DNA of 64,000 nt, from NCBI GenBank assembly GCA_964486075.1, contig CAZALU010000006.1, positions 55-64,054 on the forward strand. Direction: 5' to 3'. Positions 7,659 to 17,861 of this stretch are shown in pieces. How positions within the stretch are numbered: the stretch's first letter is position 1; every line of letters starts with the position of its first letter. Under the pieces are notes generated by a model, which saw nothing but the letters and a program-made list of their open reading frames with translations, was not told where the DNA came from and searched no databases. The translations under genes and the position numbers were made by a program. This DNA comes from an uncultured Verrucomicrobiota bacterium. Its GTDB lineage: Bacteria; Verrucomicrobiota; Kiritimatiellia; JAAZAB01.

Positions 7659-8456
7659 ATGAAGACACTGCGCATAGCTACAGCGCAATTTCCAGTCAGC
7701 GCGCATATCGGCCGGAATCTGAGGCACATGGCTGATCTAATGGGAGCGGGCCGCCGTATCACAGCGGATGTCGTTCACTTTCCAGAGGCCTGTCTCGGCG
7801 GCTATGCCGGGGGCGATTTCAAGACTTGGTATGGCTACGACTGGAAGCGGTTGACCAATGCAGAACAGACTCTTCTCCAGCTATCAAAGAGTTTGCGAGT
7901 CGGCATCGTCTACGGCACAAACCACCGTGTCTCCAGCAGTGATATTCGCAACCGCCTGCTCTATGTGTCGGCCCAAGGCCAGCGTGTTGCCTGCTATGAC
8001 AAGCGCTTTTGCACCAAGGGCGACCTGAACTTCTACAGATCCGGCAAACGCTTTGCCTGTTTCGATATCAACGGATTCAAGTGTGGCATGTTGATTTGCT
8101 ACGATGTACGGTTTCCGGAACTATATCGAGAATACAAAAAACTGAAGGCTCAGGTGATCTTTCATTCTTTCTACAATGCCCGTGCCAAACAGGCGAGTAT
8201 CCACACCACTATCATGCGACCGACGTTGCAGGCCCGGGCGGCGTCCAACTACTTATACGTGAGCGGAAACAACGCATCCGGTTATTACCAATCTTGGCCG
8301 AGCGTTTTCGTCTTGCCTGATGGAACAATCTCTAAAGCCTGCCGGCAACACCGAACAGGGCTGATCCTGAACGAGATTTCCACCAAGGACAAATACTACG
8401 ATGCTTCGAAAGACCACCGCAACCGAGCCATGCGAGGCGTCTTACACAGTGAATAA
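7659..8456 (+). CDS. carbon-nitrogen hydrolase (nitrilase/amidase superfamily)
   Basis: E-K-C triad context: HFPE, CYDKRF, GMLICYDVRFPE. Confidence 0.7.
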   Translation: MKTLRIATAQFPVSAHIGRNLRHMADLMGAGRRITADVVHFPEACLGGYAGGDFKTWYGYDWKRLTNAEQTLLQLSKSLRVGIVYGTNHRVSSSDIRNRLLYVSAQGQRVACYDKRFCTKGDLNFYRSGKRFACFDINGFKCGMLICYDVRFPELYREYKKLKAQVIFHSFYNARAKQASIHTTIMRPTLQARAASNYLYVSGNNASGYYQSWPSVFVLPDGTISKACRQHRTGLILNEISTKDKYYDASKDHRNRAMRGVLHSE

Positions 8457-8765
8457 GCGGTTTGGCCAAAGGCTGAATACTCGACACATCTAGACCCCAT
8501 TCGAAAAGCTTTTTAACCGCGGATTACGCCGATAACGCAGATAAATTGTCAGCAGCAAAAGTTCCCGCGACCTTGCGTCGCGGGTGAAGACCATAATGCG
8601 AATTATTGTCGCAAAATGGAAAGGTGTAGACAGGCTGTCTCCGATTGCTTATCCTTTTGTAGTTAATTTCTAGTAATAATGATTTCACGTTTGCAGACGT
8701 TCCCGCCATAAAATGGCGCATAGGATTGCCGATATCAAAACGAACTGAACAGCAAGAGGCTCAGC

Positions 8766-9557
8766 ATGTCGAAGAAAATCTGCCGTGCCGCGTTAACCGC
8801 CGCCCTGACCGCCGTTGCGGCGCCAGGCCTGTGCGCCGGGAATGCCCCGAGCACGCCAGCCAGGGAAAACCTCATTGCCAAGATTCTTCCCTGGGTCGGC
8901 GCTCCGTCCACCCGTATGCCAAAGGGGCTCCTACTGCAACAAGGCAGCCTGATCGTCGCCATCGGAGATTCCATCACAGAGGCTGGCGGCTACTTGCGCG
9001 ACATCGACACAGCCTTGGCCGAGCTCTATCCGGCCCTGCAGCTCCCCGGGATTATCAACGCCGGCATTAGCGGACAGAAAGCAGAGGACCTGGTCGAACG
9101 CTTTCAGCGAGACGTCGTGGATCGTAAGCCGGCCGTCGTCACCCTCAGTATCGGCATCAACGACGTTTGGCATCGCCTGGGCAAACCGCACGACGAAAAC
9201 GTGCTCAAGGCCTACAAAGCAAACGTGGCGCAGATGGTGGACATGGCTCAAACTAACGGGATCAAGGTCATTCTCCTCACCCCAACGCTCATCAAGGAGG
9301 AGCCGAAGGCGGAAGGCAATCGACGCCTGGCCCGGTACGTTGAGGCCATGCAAGAGATCGCACTCGAAAAGAAATGCGGACTGGCCGACCTGCACGCGAT
9401 GTTTCTTGAGGCCCTCAAGCACAAGCCGGACGGGCTGGACGGGAACTGGCTTACGCAGGATGGCGTGCATACCAGACCGCCAGGCAACGCCGTGATGGCG
9501 ATCGGCGTGCTCCGAGCGCTGGATGTTCCAGACCGAGACATTGCGCGGCTGAAGTAG
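8766..9557 (+). CDS. secreted SGNH/GDSL-family lipase/esterase
   Basis: signal peptide; IVAIGDSITEAGG (GDS block) and DGVHTRPPG (DxxH block). Confidence 0.75.
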   Translation: MSKKICRAALTAALTAVAAPGLCAGNAPSTPARENLIAKILPWVGAPSTRMPKGLLLQQGSLIVAIGDSITEAGGYLRDIDTALAELYPALQLPGIINAGISGQKAEDLVERFQRDVVDRKPAVVTLSIGINDVWHRLGKPHDENVLKAYKANVAQMVDMAQTNGIKVILLTPTLIKEEPKAEGNRRLARYVEAMQEIALEKKCGLADLHAMFLEALKHKPDGLDGNWLTQDGVHTRPPGNAVMAIGVLRALDVPDRDIARLK

Positions 9558-9692
9558 CGCTCGCGGCTGCGACCGTTTGCTCCCGATTTTTTCAGACCTT
9601 CTGACACATTCCAGGGAATGGCTCTAGCCTCTTGTAGTTCAGGCCCGATTTTGATTGAGCATGCTGGTGAGCAGACAGGAAAAGGCTTATCT

Positions 9693-10547
9693 ATGCGACA
9701 CTGGCTATACAAGGCAATTGTAATCGGTTTCGTGATGCATGCGGCTGCGGACGGGATAGCGGATTGCGCAACTTCCACACCGTCGCGCGTGGCTTCGATC
9801 GGACTGGTTCCGCCCGAAAACGGGCGATCGGAGAACTGTCCGGCGGTGGATGCCGATGTTTCCTTGCGCTCGGCCTATGTCTCCCGCGGCCAGGTAGACA
9901 GCGACCGACCTGTGGCTCAACCCCAGATCGTGATTTCAAAGTTCGAGTTTAATATCGGGGTCTGGGGTAATCTTGAGCTGACGGACCGCTCGATCGGGCA
10001 CTGCGGCTTTTCCGAAGTTGATCTGATGCTGTCCTATCAATTGCCAGTGCAGCCGCTGGAAGCGTTCGTGGGGATGATCGAATGCCTGTATCCGAGCACC
10101 ATCCGGCAAACCCATGACGATGGAACTGCCGTCGAACTATCCGTCCCCGCCACCCGTGAGGTTTTTTGTTCCATGACGTGCCCCAATCCCTGGCTCACAC
10201 CCCGCCTGGAACTATATTACGACTTCGGCGAGGCGGACGGCTTTTACGCGAACGTCAAGCTGGCGCACGAGTTCGAAATTACATCAGGATGGACATTGAT
10301 CCCTGGCGTTTCCAGCGGCTGGGGATCCCGGTCTTTCAACAACTATTATTACGGCGCGAAGATCAACGCTCTGAATGACGGCAATATTTATGCCGAGCTG
10401 GAATATTCCTGGCAAAACGGGGTAAGCCTCGGAGCCGACCTGGTCTACACCTGGCTCTGGCAAAAGGACATCCGAGACGGCGCCGGTCAGACGTATATGG
10501 ATAACCGCCTGTTGTACGGCGGCATCACTGGGGCATACGAGTTCTGA
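9693..10547 (+). CDS. putative outer-membrane beta-barrel protein
   Basis: signal peptide MRHWLYKAIVIGFVMHAAA; alternating aromatic strands; C-terminal ...GAYEF. Confidence 0.4.
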   Translation: MRHWLYKAIVIGFVMHAAADGIADCATSTPSRVASIGLVPPENGRSENCPAVDADVSLRSAYVSRGQVDSDRPVAQPQIVISKFEFNIGVWGNLELTDRSIGHCGFSEVDLMLSYQLPVQPLEAFVGMIECLYPSTIRQTHDDGTAVELSVPATREVFCSMTCPNPWLTPRLELYYDFGEADGFYANVKLAHEFEITSGWTLIPGVSSGWGSRSFNNYYYGAKINALNDGNIYAELEYSWQNGVSLGADLVYTWLWQKDIRDGAGQTYMDNRLLYGGITGAYEF

Positions 10548-10557
10548 CATTCTCCGC

Positions 10558-10741
10558 AGCTATAGATGTTCAGGCAATTAACTTCCGAGGATCAAGGAAC
10601 CCACCCCTCGCCCCTCCTTGGAGGGGATAAGATATAGCAAACCAATCAGTTCCCCTACTTGGAGGGGATAGGGGTGGGTTCCCTTAGGACTTCGTCTCGC
10701 ATTGTTACGTGATTTATCTGAAACACTGTAGGCTGGCAAAT
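10558..10741 (+). repeat. 175-bp structured repeat element, copy A (13-bp inverted repeat GGAACCCACCCCT/AGGGGTGGGTTCC enclosing two CCCCTCC..GGAGGGG hairpins)
   Basis: about 93% identical to 27656-27839, same orientation. Confidence 0.7.
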
Positions 10742-10773
10742 TTGCTCCCATGATTATTCGAGCTGATCAGCTG

Positions 10774-11394
10774 TTATTTCGCCGCCAGTTTGCGGGCGAT
10801 CGTTGCCACGTGCTTGCCCTGATATTTCGCGATAGCCAATTCGTTGGCGCTCGGCTGGCGGGCGCCATCCGGTCCGGCCAGAGTCGAGGCGCCATAAGGA
10901 GTGCCGCCCGTGATCTCCGCCATATTCAGTAGACGCTGCTCGACATACGGCACGCCGACAATGATCATGCCTTGATGGAATAGGGTGCTGTGAAAACTCG
11001 TAATCGTGGTCTCCTGGCCGCCGTGCTGGGTGGCAGTGCTGGTGAACACGCTGCCAACCTTGCCGACCAGCGCGCCTTTCATCCAAAGCGCCCCAGTCTG
11101 GTCCAGGAAATTGCGCATCTGGGCGCACATGTTTCCGAAACGAGTCGGCGCGCCGAAGATTACGGCGTCTGCTTCGGCAAGACGGTCCGGCTCGATAATC
11201 GGAATATGTGCAAAGATTTTACGAGCCGCCATGGCACCGCTCTCTTCCAGAACCTTGTCCGAGACCAGCTCCGGAACCTGGTAGAGTTCCACCGCGCACC
11301 CCGCTACTTCGCGTGCTCCGGCTGCTTCCTCTTCCGCCATTTGGTAAACATGGCCATACATGCTATAAAACACAATTTGAATTTTTGTGGTCAT
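10774..11394 (-). CDS. wrbA: NAD(P)H:quinone oxidoreductase, flavodoxin-like (WrbA)
   Basis: [11 protein letters not shown]...GAPTRFGNM...[12 protein letters not shown]. Confidence 0.85.
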   Translation of the reverse strand: MTTKIQIVFYSMYGHVYQMAEEEAAGAREVAGCAVELYQVPELVSDKVLEESGAMAARKIFAHIPIIEPDRLAEADAVIFGAPTRFGNMCAQMRNFLDQTGALWMKGALVGKVGSVFTSTATQHGGQETTITSFHSTLFHQGMIIVGVPYVEQRLLNMAEITGGTPYGASTLAGPDGARQPSANELAIAKYQGKHVATIARKLAAK

Positions 11395-11717
11395 TGCCTT
11401 TTCCTTTCGTTTCCACGCACGGGAGTTGTGCTTGTTTTAAGGAGTTCTTCCTTTGCGAGAATATTATTCCCCGGATCCGGCGCCGGGCGCCATAGGGCAT
11501 TCCCTGATGTTGAGCTTCGAAGTTTCTTAGCTTTGCCCAACGCGAAAGGTCACGCCGGGATAGCGCCCCGGAAGTGTCGGTCAATGGTCTAAGACATTTC
11601 GAAGCGCAGAATAAGGGAGACTCTGATTGATCGCACCTGTGCAATCTGAAATAATCAGGGCATTTTTAAGACAATATTGGTCCAGAAATAATGCGATGAT
11701 TCACGAGGCAGTATAGA

Positions 11718-11870
11718 ATGGCACGCACGCGTCTAATAACCTCTCGCGAAGCCGACTCGGTCACCAAAGATATTGTAGTGCAGATATTGCAGGATGAGAT
11801 ATTCCACGAGGAAAACCTGCAAAACATTGAAGAAGACATTCGAATGATGGTCAAGCGCAGTCGATGATGA
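11718..11870 (+). pseudogene. bacterioferritin C-terminal fragment (remnant)
   Basis: 50-aa ORF EADSVTKDIVVQILQDEIFHEENLQNIEEDIRMM aligns to Bfr C-terminus ([39 protein letters not shown]); opens directly after a TGA; too short for a ferroxidase centre. Confidence 0.4.
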
Positions 11871-12047
11871 TGTTCCGGCGAAGACGCTTGCCGCGGCAGC
11901 CAGAGTAAGCGCAGTTAAGCATCGATGGCCGAGTGGTAGGCCTGTGATTGTTGTTCGTGAAAGCCCTGTTGATAAAATTAGTGTTACTAAAATGGAGGCG
12001 GCTTGCACGGTGTGCGGGTAGCATCCCCAAGGGAAGGAAACAGTGCT

Positions 12048-12572
12048 ATGCAACTCAAAGAAAGAAATGACCTTGTAACCATGCACGGGAAGCCGGTTGT
12101 GCTGTTGGGAGATCAGGTGTCTTCCGGAGAAAATGCGCCTGATTTCATGGTGGTTGACAAAGACTTCAAACCGGTCGCACTTGCTGACTTCAAGGGCAAA
12201 CCATGTGTCATTAGCGCCGTGCCCAGTCTCGATACGCCGGTGTGTTCGTTGCAGACAAAGCGTTTCAATTCAGAGATTGTGAATTTACCTCAGAATGTCG
12301 TCGTTATGACAATCAGCATGGATCTCCCGTTTGCCCAGAAAAGATTCTGTGACGCCGAGAAGGTTGATCGGGTCCTTGTTCTATCCGATCACGTGCAGCG
12401 CGAGTTTGGAATGCGCTATGGGCTTTTGATCAAGGATATGGGCCTGCTGGCTCGTGCCGTATTTGCCCTGGATGGCGAAGGGAAGATCGCCTACAAGCAA
12501 CTCGTGCCAGAATTGACGAACGAGCCCGATTATGATGCCGCCTTAAATGCGGCTCGTCAGGCGGCCCATTAA
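12048..12572 (+). CDS. tpx: thiol peroxidase (Tpx)
   Basis: SLDTPVCSLQTKRFN...DLPFAQKRFCDAE...EPDYDAAL. Confidence 0.85.
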   Translation: MQLKERNDLVTMHGKPVVLLGDQVSSGENAPDFMVVDKDFKPVALADFKGKPCVISAVPSLDTPVCSLQTKRFNSEIVNLPQNVVVMTISMDLPFAQKRFCDAEKVDRVLVLSDHVQREFGMRYGLLIKDMGLLARAVFALDGEGKIAYKQLVPELTNEPDYDAALNAARQAAH

Positions 12573-12643
12573 TCTGGTGCATAATGGCTGATGCTAGAAA
12601 GGCTATAAGTCTACAGTCAAAAAACACAGAAAGGAACGCGAGT

Positions 12644-12973
12644 ATGAGTAAAACAAGCAAGCCGAAACGGGTACAAACAAAGACGGCGGGCAAAAACAAC
12701 GCTAAACAAGGGCGTGCACGGAAAACGAATTTCAAAATCAAGGCCGCTCCGGGCTGTGTGGTATATGTGGCCGGCACGTTCAACGGGTGGGACCCTATCG
12801 CCGACAAACTGGCAGCCAATGGAGACGGATACTATATAGGCAGCCTCATGCTTTCTGAGGGACGATACGAATATAAATATGTGGTCGACGGGAATTGGTG
12901 CCTTGATCCCGAATGCTTGGAATGTGTGCCCAATGAGTGCGGCTCCCATAATCACGTGCTTGAGATTTGCTGA
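12644..12973 (+). CDS. small CBM48/AMPK-beta glycogen-binding-domain protein
   Basis: VYVAGTFNGWDP...YEYKYVVDGNWCLDPE. Confidence 0.55.
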   Translation: MSKTSKPKRVQTKTAGKNNAKQGRARKTNFKIKAAPGCVVYVAGTFNGWDPIADKLAANGDGYYIGSLMLSEGRYEYKYVVDGNWCLDPECLECVPNECGSHNHVLEIC

Positions 12974-13063
12974 CCGGTTGCGGCACAGAATAAATAAGGG
13001 GCGCGCATAATGGATCTTAGGCGCCAGAGTTCACTGTTTTAATCACATCAATCGGAGAAGCTA

Positions 13064-13411
13064 ATGAAAAACCATCCTGAATATCTTGAAGAAATTAACA
13101 CCTGGATGAAAACATTGGGTCGGGCTATACCAGACGCAATGCAAGGGTTTGGTGCGCTGCATCAAGCAAGTATGAAGACAGGCGCCTTGGATAATAAAAC
13201 CAAGGAACTAATCGCATTGGGCATTGCGATAACCGCTCGATGCGAGGGATGTATTTCGGCCCACGTGCATGCTGCGATGCAGGCCGGTGCCGGCAAGGAA
13301 GAAATCGCTGAAACGGTGTCCGTTGCTATCCTTATGGGAGGCGGTCCAGCGGTTGTGTATGGTATAGCGGCAATGCAAGCACACAGCCAGTTTCAAGAAC
13401 AAGGCTTGTGA
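13064..13411 (+). CDS. carboxymuconolactone decarboxylase-family protein (AhpD-like)
   Basis: CxxCxxxH motif ARCEGCISAHVHA. Confidence 0.7.
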   Translation: MKNHPEYLEEINTWMKTLGRAIPDAMQGFGALHQASMKTGALDNKTKELIALGIAITARCEGCISAHVHAAMQAGAGKEEIAETVSVAILMGGGPAVVYGIAAMQAHSQFQEQGL

Positions 13412-13504
13412 TGCGCTGGTGCATACACGACTTCCACTAAATCGTAAACACTGCATGCGTAAGAAATCCCTAAAATCAAAAACAGTCACAGAAAGGAACC
13501 CAGC

Positions 13505-13900
13505 ATGGCTTCATTAAGTGAAACAATCCAACGCGCCGACTGGAAATCGGAAAAACATGTGCCGGTGATTGAATGTCCGGAGAGCGTCAAACTGGATCAG
13601 TTGTTCGATGTCACGCTTTCAGTCGGCCAGGCCGTTGGCCATCCCAATACCACGGAACACCATATTCGCTGGATCATGTTGTATTTCCGTCCCGAAGGTG
13701 AAAAAGTCACCTACCAGGCGGGGAACTTCGAGTTCACGGCTCATGGGGAATCCGCGAAAGGCCCCAACCAGGGGCCCATCTCGACGCATCATAAGGCGGT
13801 CGTGACCCTGAAACTCATAAAATCCGGAACCTTGCAAGCCCTAGCCTATTGCAATATTCACGGCCTATGGGAATCGACCAAAGACATCCGCGTCGATTAG
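13505..13900 (+). CDS. superoxide reductase (neelaredoxin/1Fe-SOR type)
   Basis: EKHVPVIE, HPNTTEHHIRWI, CNIHGLWE iron-ligand blocks. Confidence 0.8.
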   Translation: MASLSETIQRADWKSEKHVPVIECPESVKLDQLFDVTLSVGQAVGHPNTTEHHIRWIMLYFRPEGEKVTYQAGNFEFTAHGESAKGPNQGPISTHHKAVVTLKLIKSGTLQALAYCNIHGLWESTKDIRVD

Positions 13901-13940
13901 CGACGTCGCGATCGTAGCCATTGGATAAGCTCAAACGAGA

Positions 13941-13975
13941 AGGACGCCGCGTAATACGGCGTCCTTTCTTGTTTT
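13941..13975 (+). terminator. rho-independent terminator after SOR gene
   Basis: AGGACGCCG-cgtaata-CGGCGTCCT then TTCTTGTTTT. Confidence 0.7.
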
Positions 13976-14117
13976 GGGCAGGATATTAGCACGGAATGCG
14001 GGGGCATTGAATTGTTGCGCCTTACCTGTGGGTCAATGTGCTATCATGCCGTGTGTATTTAATCAGTATTGCCAAAAGGATCTGGAAAGAGACAATGCCG
14101 ATATGTGAAAGCTTGAC

Positions 14118-16040
14118 GTGGACTATGAACTAGTTCCGAAATCTGCGACTTCATTGAAGACTGTTCTGCATGCAGTAGCATCAATAACAAGCGCGTTGCG
14201 GACACTCAGCTTGCCCTGCATCAATCGGGGCAGCAAACGGGTGATACACGGGCAGAGAGAAGTGTTCCGGGACGCAAAGGGACGTGCGGTTCGCAGGGTG
14301 GGCACCGACCAGGATATCACGGAACACATAAAAGTTGAACGGCGGGATCAAATGACCACTACGCTTCTGGCCTTGTTTGCCCGGAAATCATCCAGACGTG
14401 AATACCTTGACGCCGTGCTCAAAGTGCTGCATCAGGTCAGCAGTTGTCAATGCATCGGTATTCGCGTCACTGATGAGCAAGGCCGTATGCCCTACGAATC
14501 GAGCATGGGTTTTCCCCCTCATTTTCTGGAAACCGAGAGCGCGCTCGTTATTGGCCGTGATGCGTGTGTCTGTGCACGCGTGATTGCCGGAGCCTCGGAA
14601 CCGCAGGATCTTTCGTGCATTACGCCCGCAGGTTCGTTTCGGTGTAATAATATGGTCGATTTCGTTGAAAACCTGTCGGCAAGCGACCGGGAACGATTCC
14701 GGGGAGTATGCGCCAAGAACGGCTTCGCTTCCGTGGCCCTGATCCCCATCCGTTACCATAATCATTCGTTTGGTGCAATTCACCTGGCTGACAAGCGCGA
14801 AGGTAAAGTACCCCGAGAACTGACCAATTTTATTGAATCAAGTATGGCACCCCTGATCGGGGAGGCGATCCGCTGGTTCGATATGGATCAATCCCTGCGC
14901 CAGGCGGGTGCTTACAACCGCAGCCTGATCGAGGCCAGCCTGGATCCGCTGGTGATGATCGACGCAAAAGGCAAGATCACGGATGCTAACGCGGCAACGG
15001 AGAAGGTCACGGGATGGCCCAGGGCCGAACTCATCGGCACCGATTTTGCCGACTATTTCACCGATTTTGAACAAGCTCAATCCGGATACCAGCGCGTTTT
15101 TCGGGACGGGTGGGTTCAGGACTATGCGCTGGAAATCCGGCACCGGGACGGGCGGTTGACCCCGGTGTTATACAACGCTTCGGTCTATCGGGATGAACAG
15201 GGGCAAATTATTGGCATATTCGCGGCGGCGCGGGACATCACGGAACGTAAGCGGGCGGAACGGGCCATTGAAACCTACCAAAACCAATTGAGAGCGCTAT
15301 CTTCCCGGCTCATTTTGGTGGAGGAGCGTGCACGCCGTCAGCTGGCCGTAGCCCTGCATGACACGGTCGGACAAATTCAGGCCCTGGCCCAGATCAAATT
15401 GGATGCGCTGGGGGAACTGATCACAACCAGAAAGGCCCGCCAGGCCTGGTCCGAGATCAGGAGCATGTTCGTGGACGCCGTTCAACAAACCCGGACCTTG
15501 AGTTTTGACCTCAGCCCTCCAATCCTATATGAGCTGGGTCTTGATCCGGCCCTCGAGTGGCTGGGTGAGGAATTTCAGAAACGGCATGGATTTCGCTTTC
15601 ATTTCGAGTGCTCGGACGATAAATCGACGCTTGACGAGTCTTTACGTGTGCTTATGTTCCAGTCAGCACGCGAACTCCTGACTAATATCGTCAAACATGC
15701 CCGCGCCAAGCACGTGTATATATCGAGCCGACTTGCCAATAGAAAAATCGTGCTCAGCGTCAGGGATGACGGCAAGGGGTTTGAGGTCGATGAACGGGAG
15801 CAGACCGTCCATAATAAAAGTCTAGGACTGTTCAGCATCCGTGAGCGCATGCGCTACATCGGCGGGACGTGCCGGATTGAATCCAGTCCCGGGCATGGCG
15901 CGACGATCACGCTGACAGCCCCGATCGTAGCGAGCACTGAAGCAAGAACTGGCGCCCGCCCGGCGGCGGCAGGCGCGCACAAGGGGCAAACCCCTGCAAG
16001 GAGAAAACACGATGGCGATAAAAATCATGCTGGCGGATGA
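14118..16040 (+). CDS. sensor histidine kinase (GAF + PAS + HisKA_3/HATPase); N-terminus begins with PAC-like motif, possibly truncated
   Basis: GAF-like region, PAS (ITERKRAE), H-box ALHDTVGQ, ATPase G-boxes; GTG start. Confidence 0.75.
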   Translation: MDYELVPKSATSLKTVLHAVASITSALRTLSLPCINRGSKRVIHGQREVFRDAKGRAVRRVGTDQDITEHIKVERRDQMTTTLLALFARKSSRREYLDAVLKVLHQVSSCQCIGIRVTDEQGRMPYESSMGFPPHFLETESALVIGRDACVCARVIAGASEPQDLSCITPAGSFRCNNMVDFVENLSASDRERFRGVCAKNGFASVALIPIRYHNHSFGAIHLADKREGKVPRELTNFIESSMAPLIGEAIRWFDMDQSLRQAGAYNRSLIEASLDPLVMIDAKGKITDANAATEKVTGWPRAELIGTDFADYFTDFEQAQSGYQRVFRDGWVQDYALEIRHRDGRLTPVLYNASVYRDEQGQIIGIFAAARDITERKRAERAIETYQNQLRALSSRLILVEERARRQLAVALHDTVGQIQALAQIKLDALGELITTRKARQAWSEIRSMFVDAVQQTRTLSFDLSPPILYELGLDPALEWLGEEFQKRHGFRFHFECSDDKSTLDESLRVLMFQSARELLTNIVKHARAKHVYISSRLANRKIVLSVRDDGKGFEVDEREQTVHNKSLGLFSIRERMRYIGGTCRIESSPGHGATITLTAPIVASTEARTGARPAAAGAHKGQTPARRKHDGDKNHAGG

Positions 16041-16665
16041 TCACAAGATAATTCGCGATGGGCTGCGGGCGTTGATTGAAAAACAAACCAACATGGAGGT
16101 GGTGGCCGAGGCGTCAGACGGGCAAACGGCTGTCAAAATCGCGCACAAAACCCAGCCGGATGTCTGCATCCTCGATATCGGGATGCCCGAGCTGAACGGC
16201 ATTGAAGCGACCCGGCAGATAATGAAGCTTCCACGCAAGCCCAAGGTGATCGGACTGTCGATGCATGCTGACCGGCGCTATGTGGCGCAAATGCTCAAGG
16301 CCGGCGCTTCGGGATACATCCTCAAGAACAGCGCCTTTGGAGAGCTGGCACAGGCGATAACCACGGTGATGAAGGGGCAGGTTTACCTTAGCCCAGCGGT
16401 AGCGGAGACCGTGGTCGACGACTATCGCCGCGTAGCCAAAAATGGCGACAACTCAGCGTATACCCTCCTCACCGAGCGCGAGCGCGAGGTGCTCCAGCAG
16501 ATCGCGGAAGGCTGTTCGACCAAGGACATTGCCGCCGCGCAAAACTTGAGCGTTAAAACCATCGAGACCCACCGCCTGCATATCATGGAGAAACTTAAAC
16601 TGCACAGCGTGGCCGAGCTCACCAAGTATGCCGTCAAAGAAGGGTTGACGGACCTGGAAACTTGA
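16012..16665 (+). CDS. NarL/LuxR-family response regulator
   Basis: receiver IMLADDH...ILDIGMP; C-terminal LTEREREVLQQIAEGCSTKDIA HTH. Confidence 0.85.
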   Translation: MAIKIMLADDHKIIRDGLRALIEKQTNMEVVAEASDGQTAVKIAHKTQPDVCILDIGMPELNGIEATRQIMKLPRKPKVIGLSMHADRRYVAQMLKAGASGYILKNSAFGELAQAITTVMKGQVYLSPAVAETVVDDYRRVAKNGDNSAYTLLTEREREVLQQIAEGCSTKDIAAAQNLSVKTIETHRLHIMEKLKLHSVAELTKYAVKEGLTDLET

Positions 16666-17097
16666 CGGCCTGTTTTGCGTACAACGCTTGCGCCGACACC
16701 CTGTGCGAACGCCGTTCTGAAACTGCCTAACCCGGCCGATTTGAAAATGGATATAATTCGGAACTTTTTTAAAGATATTCTTATCTGGTTCGCTTGTTGT
16801 GATTTTTATATGGGATTGCCGTAATGGTGGGGCGAGGCGTCCCTGCCGAGCCGTTCCGAGATCGGATCACCCGGAGGGTTCGCCCTACCGCAGGGAGCAG
16901 TTACCGCATTTGGCGACAATATAATTATTTTCAATCCATTTCTAAATCGGCCAAAAGCTCGTTTTCGACCGGCGTTGGCACCCTGCTGCTCTCAGGAATA
17001 TCGAAGGCCAACTTAGTCCTTTTCCCGATTACCCTTTCCCGGCGCCCGCTGCATGGTTGTCATGTAAAATTAAATATTCTGACGAAAGCAAAATACA

Positions 17098-17625
17098 ATG
17101 AAGCCAGACACACTGGGCACATTAAGCGAAAGCCTGACCTATGTCGAACAGCGCCATCACGCCGTCGTGCGGGGTTTTCTGGAAAGCATCCAGGAGCTGA
17201 TGATCGACGTGCTGACAGGTCCAGAAAAAGAGCCGTCGCAGCATAAGCTCAAATCGCTGAACAGTTGTTTTCTCGTCCTGAAAATGGAGCTAAACCACCA
17301 TCTGACGATGGAAGAACAAGTTGTATTTCCCTTGATCAGGAATTTGGAGAACCAACGCGCCGTTTCATCGCCATCGGACAAGTATCCGGTAAAATACCAT
17401 CTAAACCATCTAACGCACGAACATGAATATATCCTCCAACTCCTATCAGAAATCCGCCGTCTGACAGGCATCTTTCATTTACCGCTCAAGGCAGCGCCCT
17501 TGCTGCAAGAGCTATATGAACAGCTGCGACAAATGCACGACGATCTCAATGAACATATAAAATTTGAGCAAAGTTTTATATTCCCAAAGGTTGACGAAGC
17601 AGCAACCAGGCAGCCCAGGGCTTGA
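17098..17625 (+). CDS. hemerythrin-like (HHE cation-binding) domain protein
   Basis: repeated H...E / H..H..E spacing. Confidence 0.45.
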   Translation: MKPDTLGTLSESLTYVEQRHHAVVRGFLESIQELMIDVLTGPEKEPSQHKLKSLNSCFLVLKMELNHHLTMEEQVVFPLIRNLENQRAVSSPSDKYPVKYHLNHLTHEHEYILQLLSEIRRLTGIFHLPLKAAPLLQELYEQLRQMHDDLNEHIKFEQSFIFPKVDEAATRQPRA

Positions 17626-17654
17626 TGCGGGCTGATCGTCGTGCTAATTAGAGC

Positions 17655-17830
17655 CCATTCGAAAAGGTCTTAGAATGGGGCACATTTGTCGACGGGAAAA
17701 GCGTTATAGGCCTGCTGGTCATTGGCGCCGCGAAAGGAACCCAGTTGACCATCGTCGCCGACGGTCCGGATGCCGGCGAAGCCATGAAAGAAATAACATC
17801 CCTGTTTGCCGCATCATTCGGGGAACCATA
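17655..17830 (+). pseudogene. HPr (PTS phosphocarrier) C-terminal fragment, no start codon, lacks His15 region
   Basis: frame translates ...DGKSVIGLLVIGAAKGTQLTIVADGPDAGEAMKEITSLFAASF* matching HPr C-terminal half (KS...L..LG...G......G.DE..A). Confidence 0.4.
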
Positions 17831-17861
17831 GCTGATAATCCTAAAAGCAAGGAAAGCAACA

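Noticed and set aside
1-8500. Prophage or genomic island interpretation of the left 8 kb
   Set aside because: There are no integrase, capsid, terminase or tRNA genes. The regular AAC...GTT palindromes after every ORF fit an integron cassette array far better.
8493-8505. 13-bp motif CCCATTCGAAAAG shared with 17650-17662
   Set aside because: It is too short to distinguish from chance, even though the flanks are loosely similar.
8564-8584. Hairpin CCCGCGACCTTGCGTCGCGGG downstream of the CN hydrolase as a terminator
   Set aside because: It is a GC stem without a following U-tract, so it is not a convincing intrinsic terminator.
16972-16986. Sigma-54-like promoter TTGGCACCCTGCTGCTC upstream of the hemerythrin-like gene
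   Set aside because: The GG-to-GC spacing is 11 rather than the obligatory 12, and there is no TTGC. It is probably chance.
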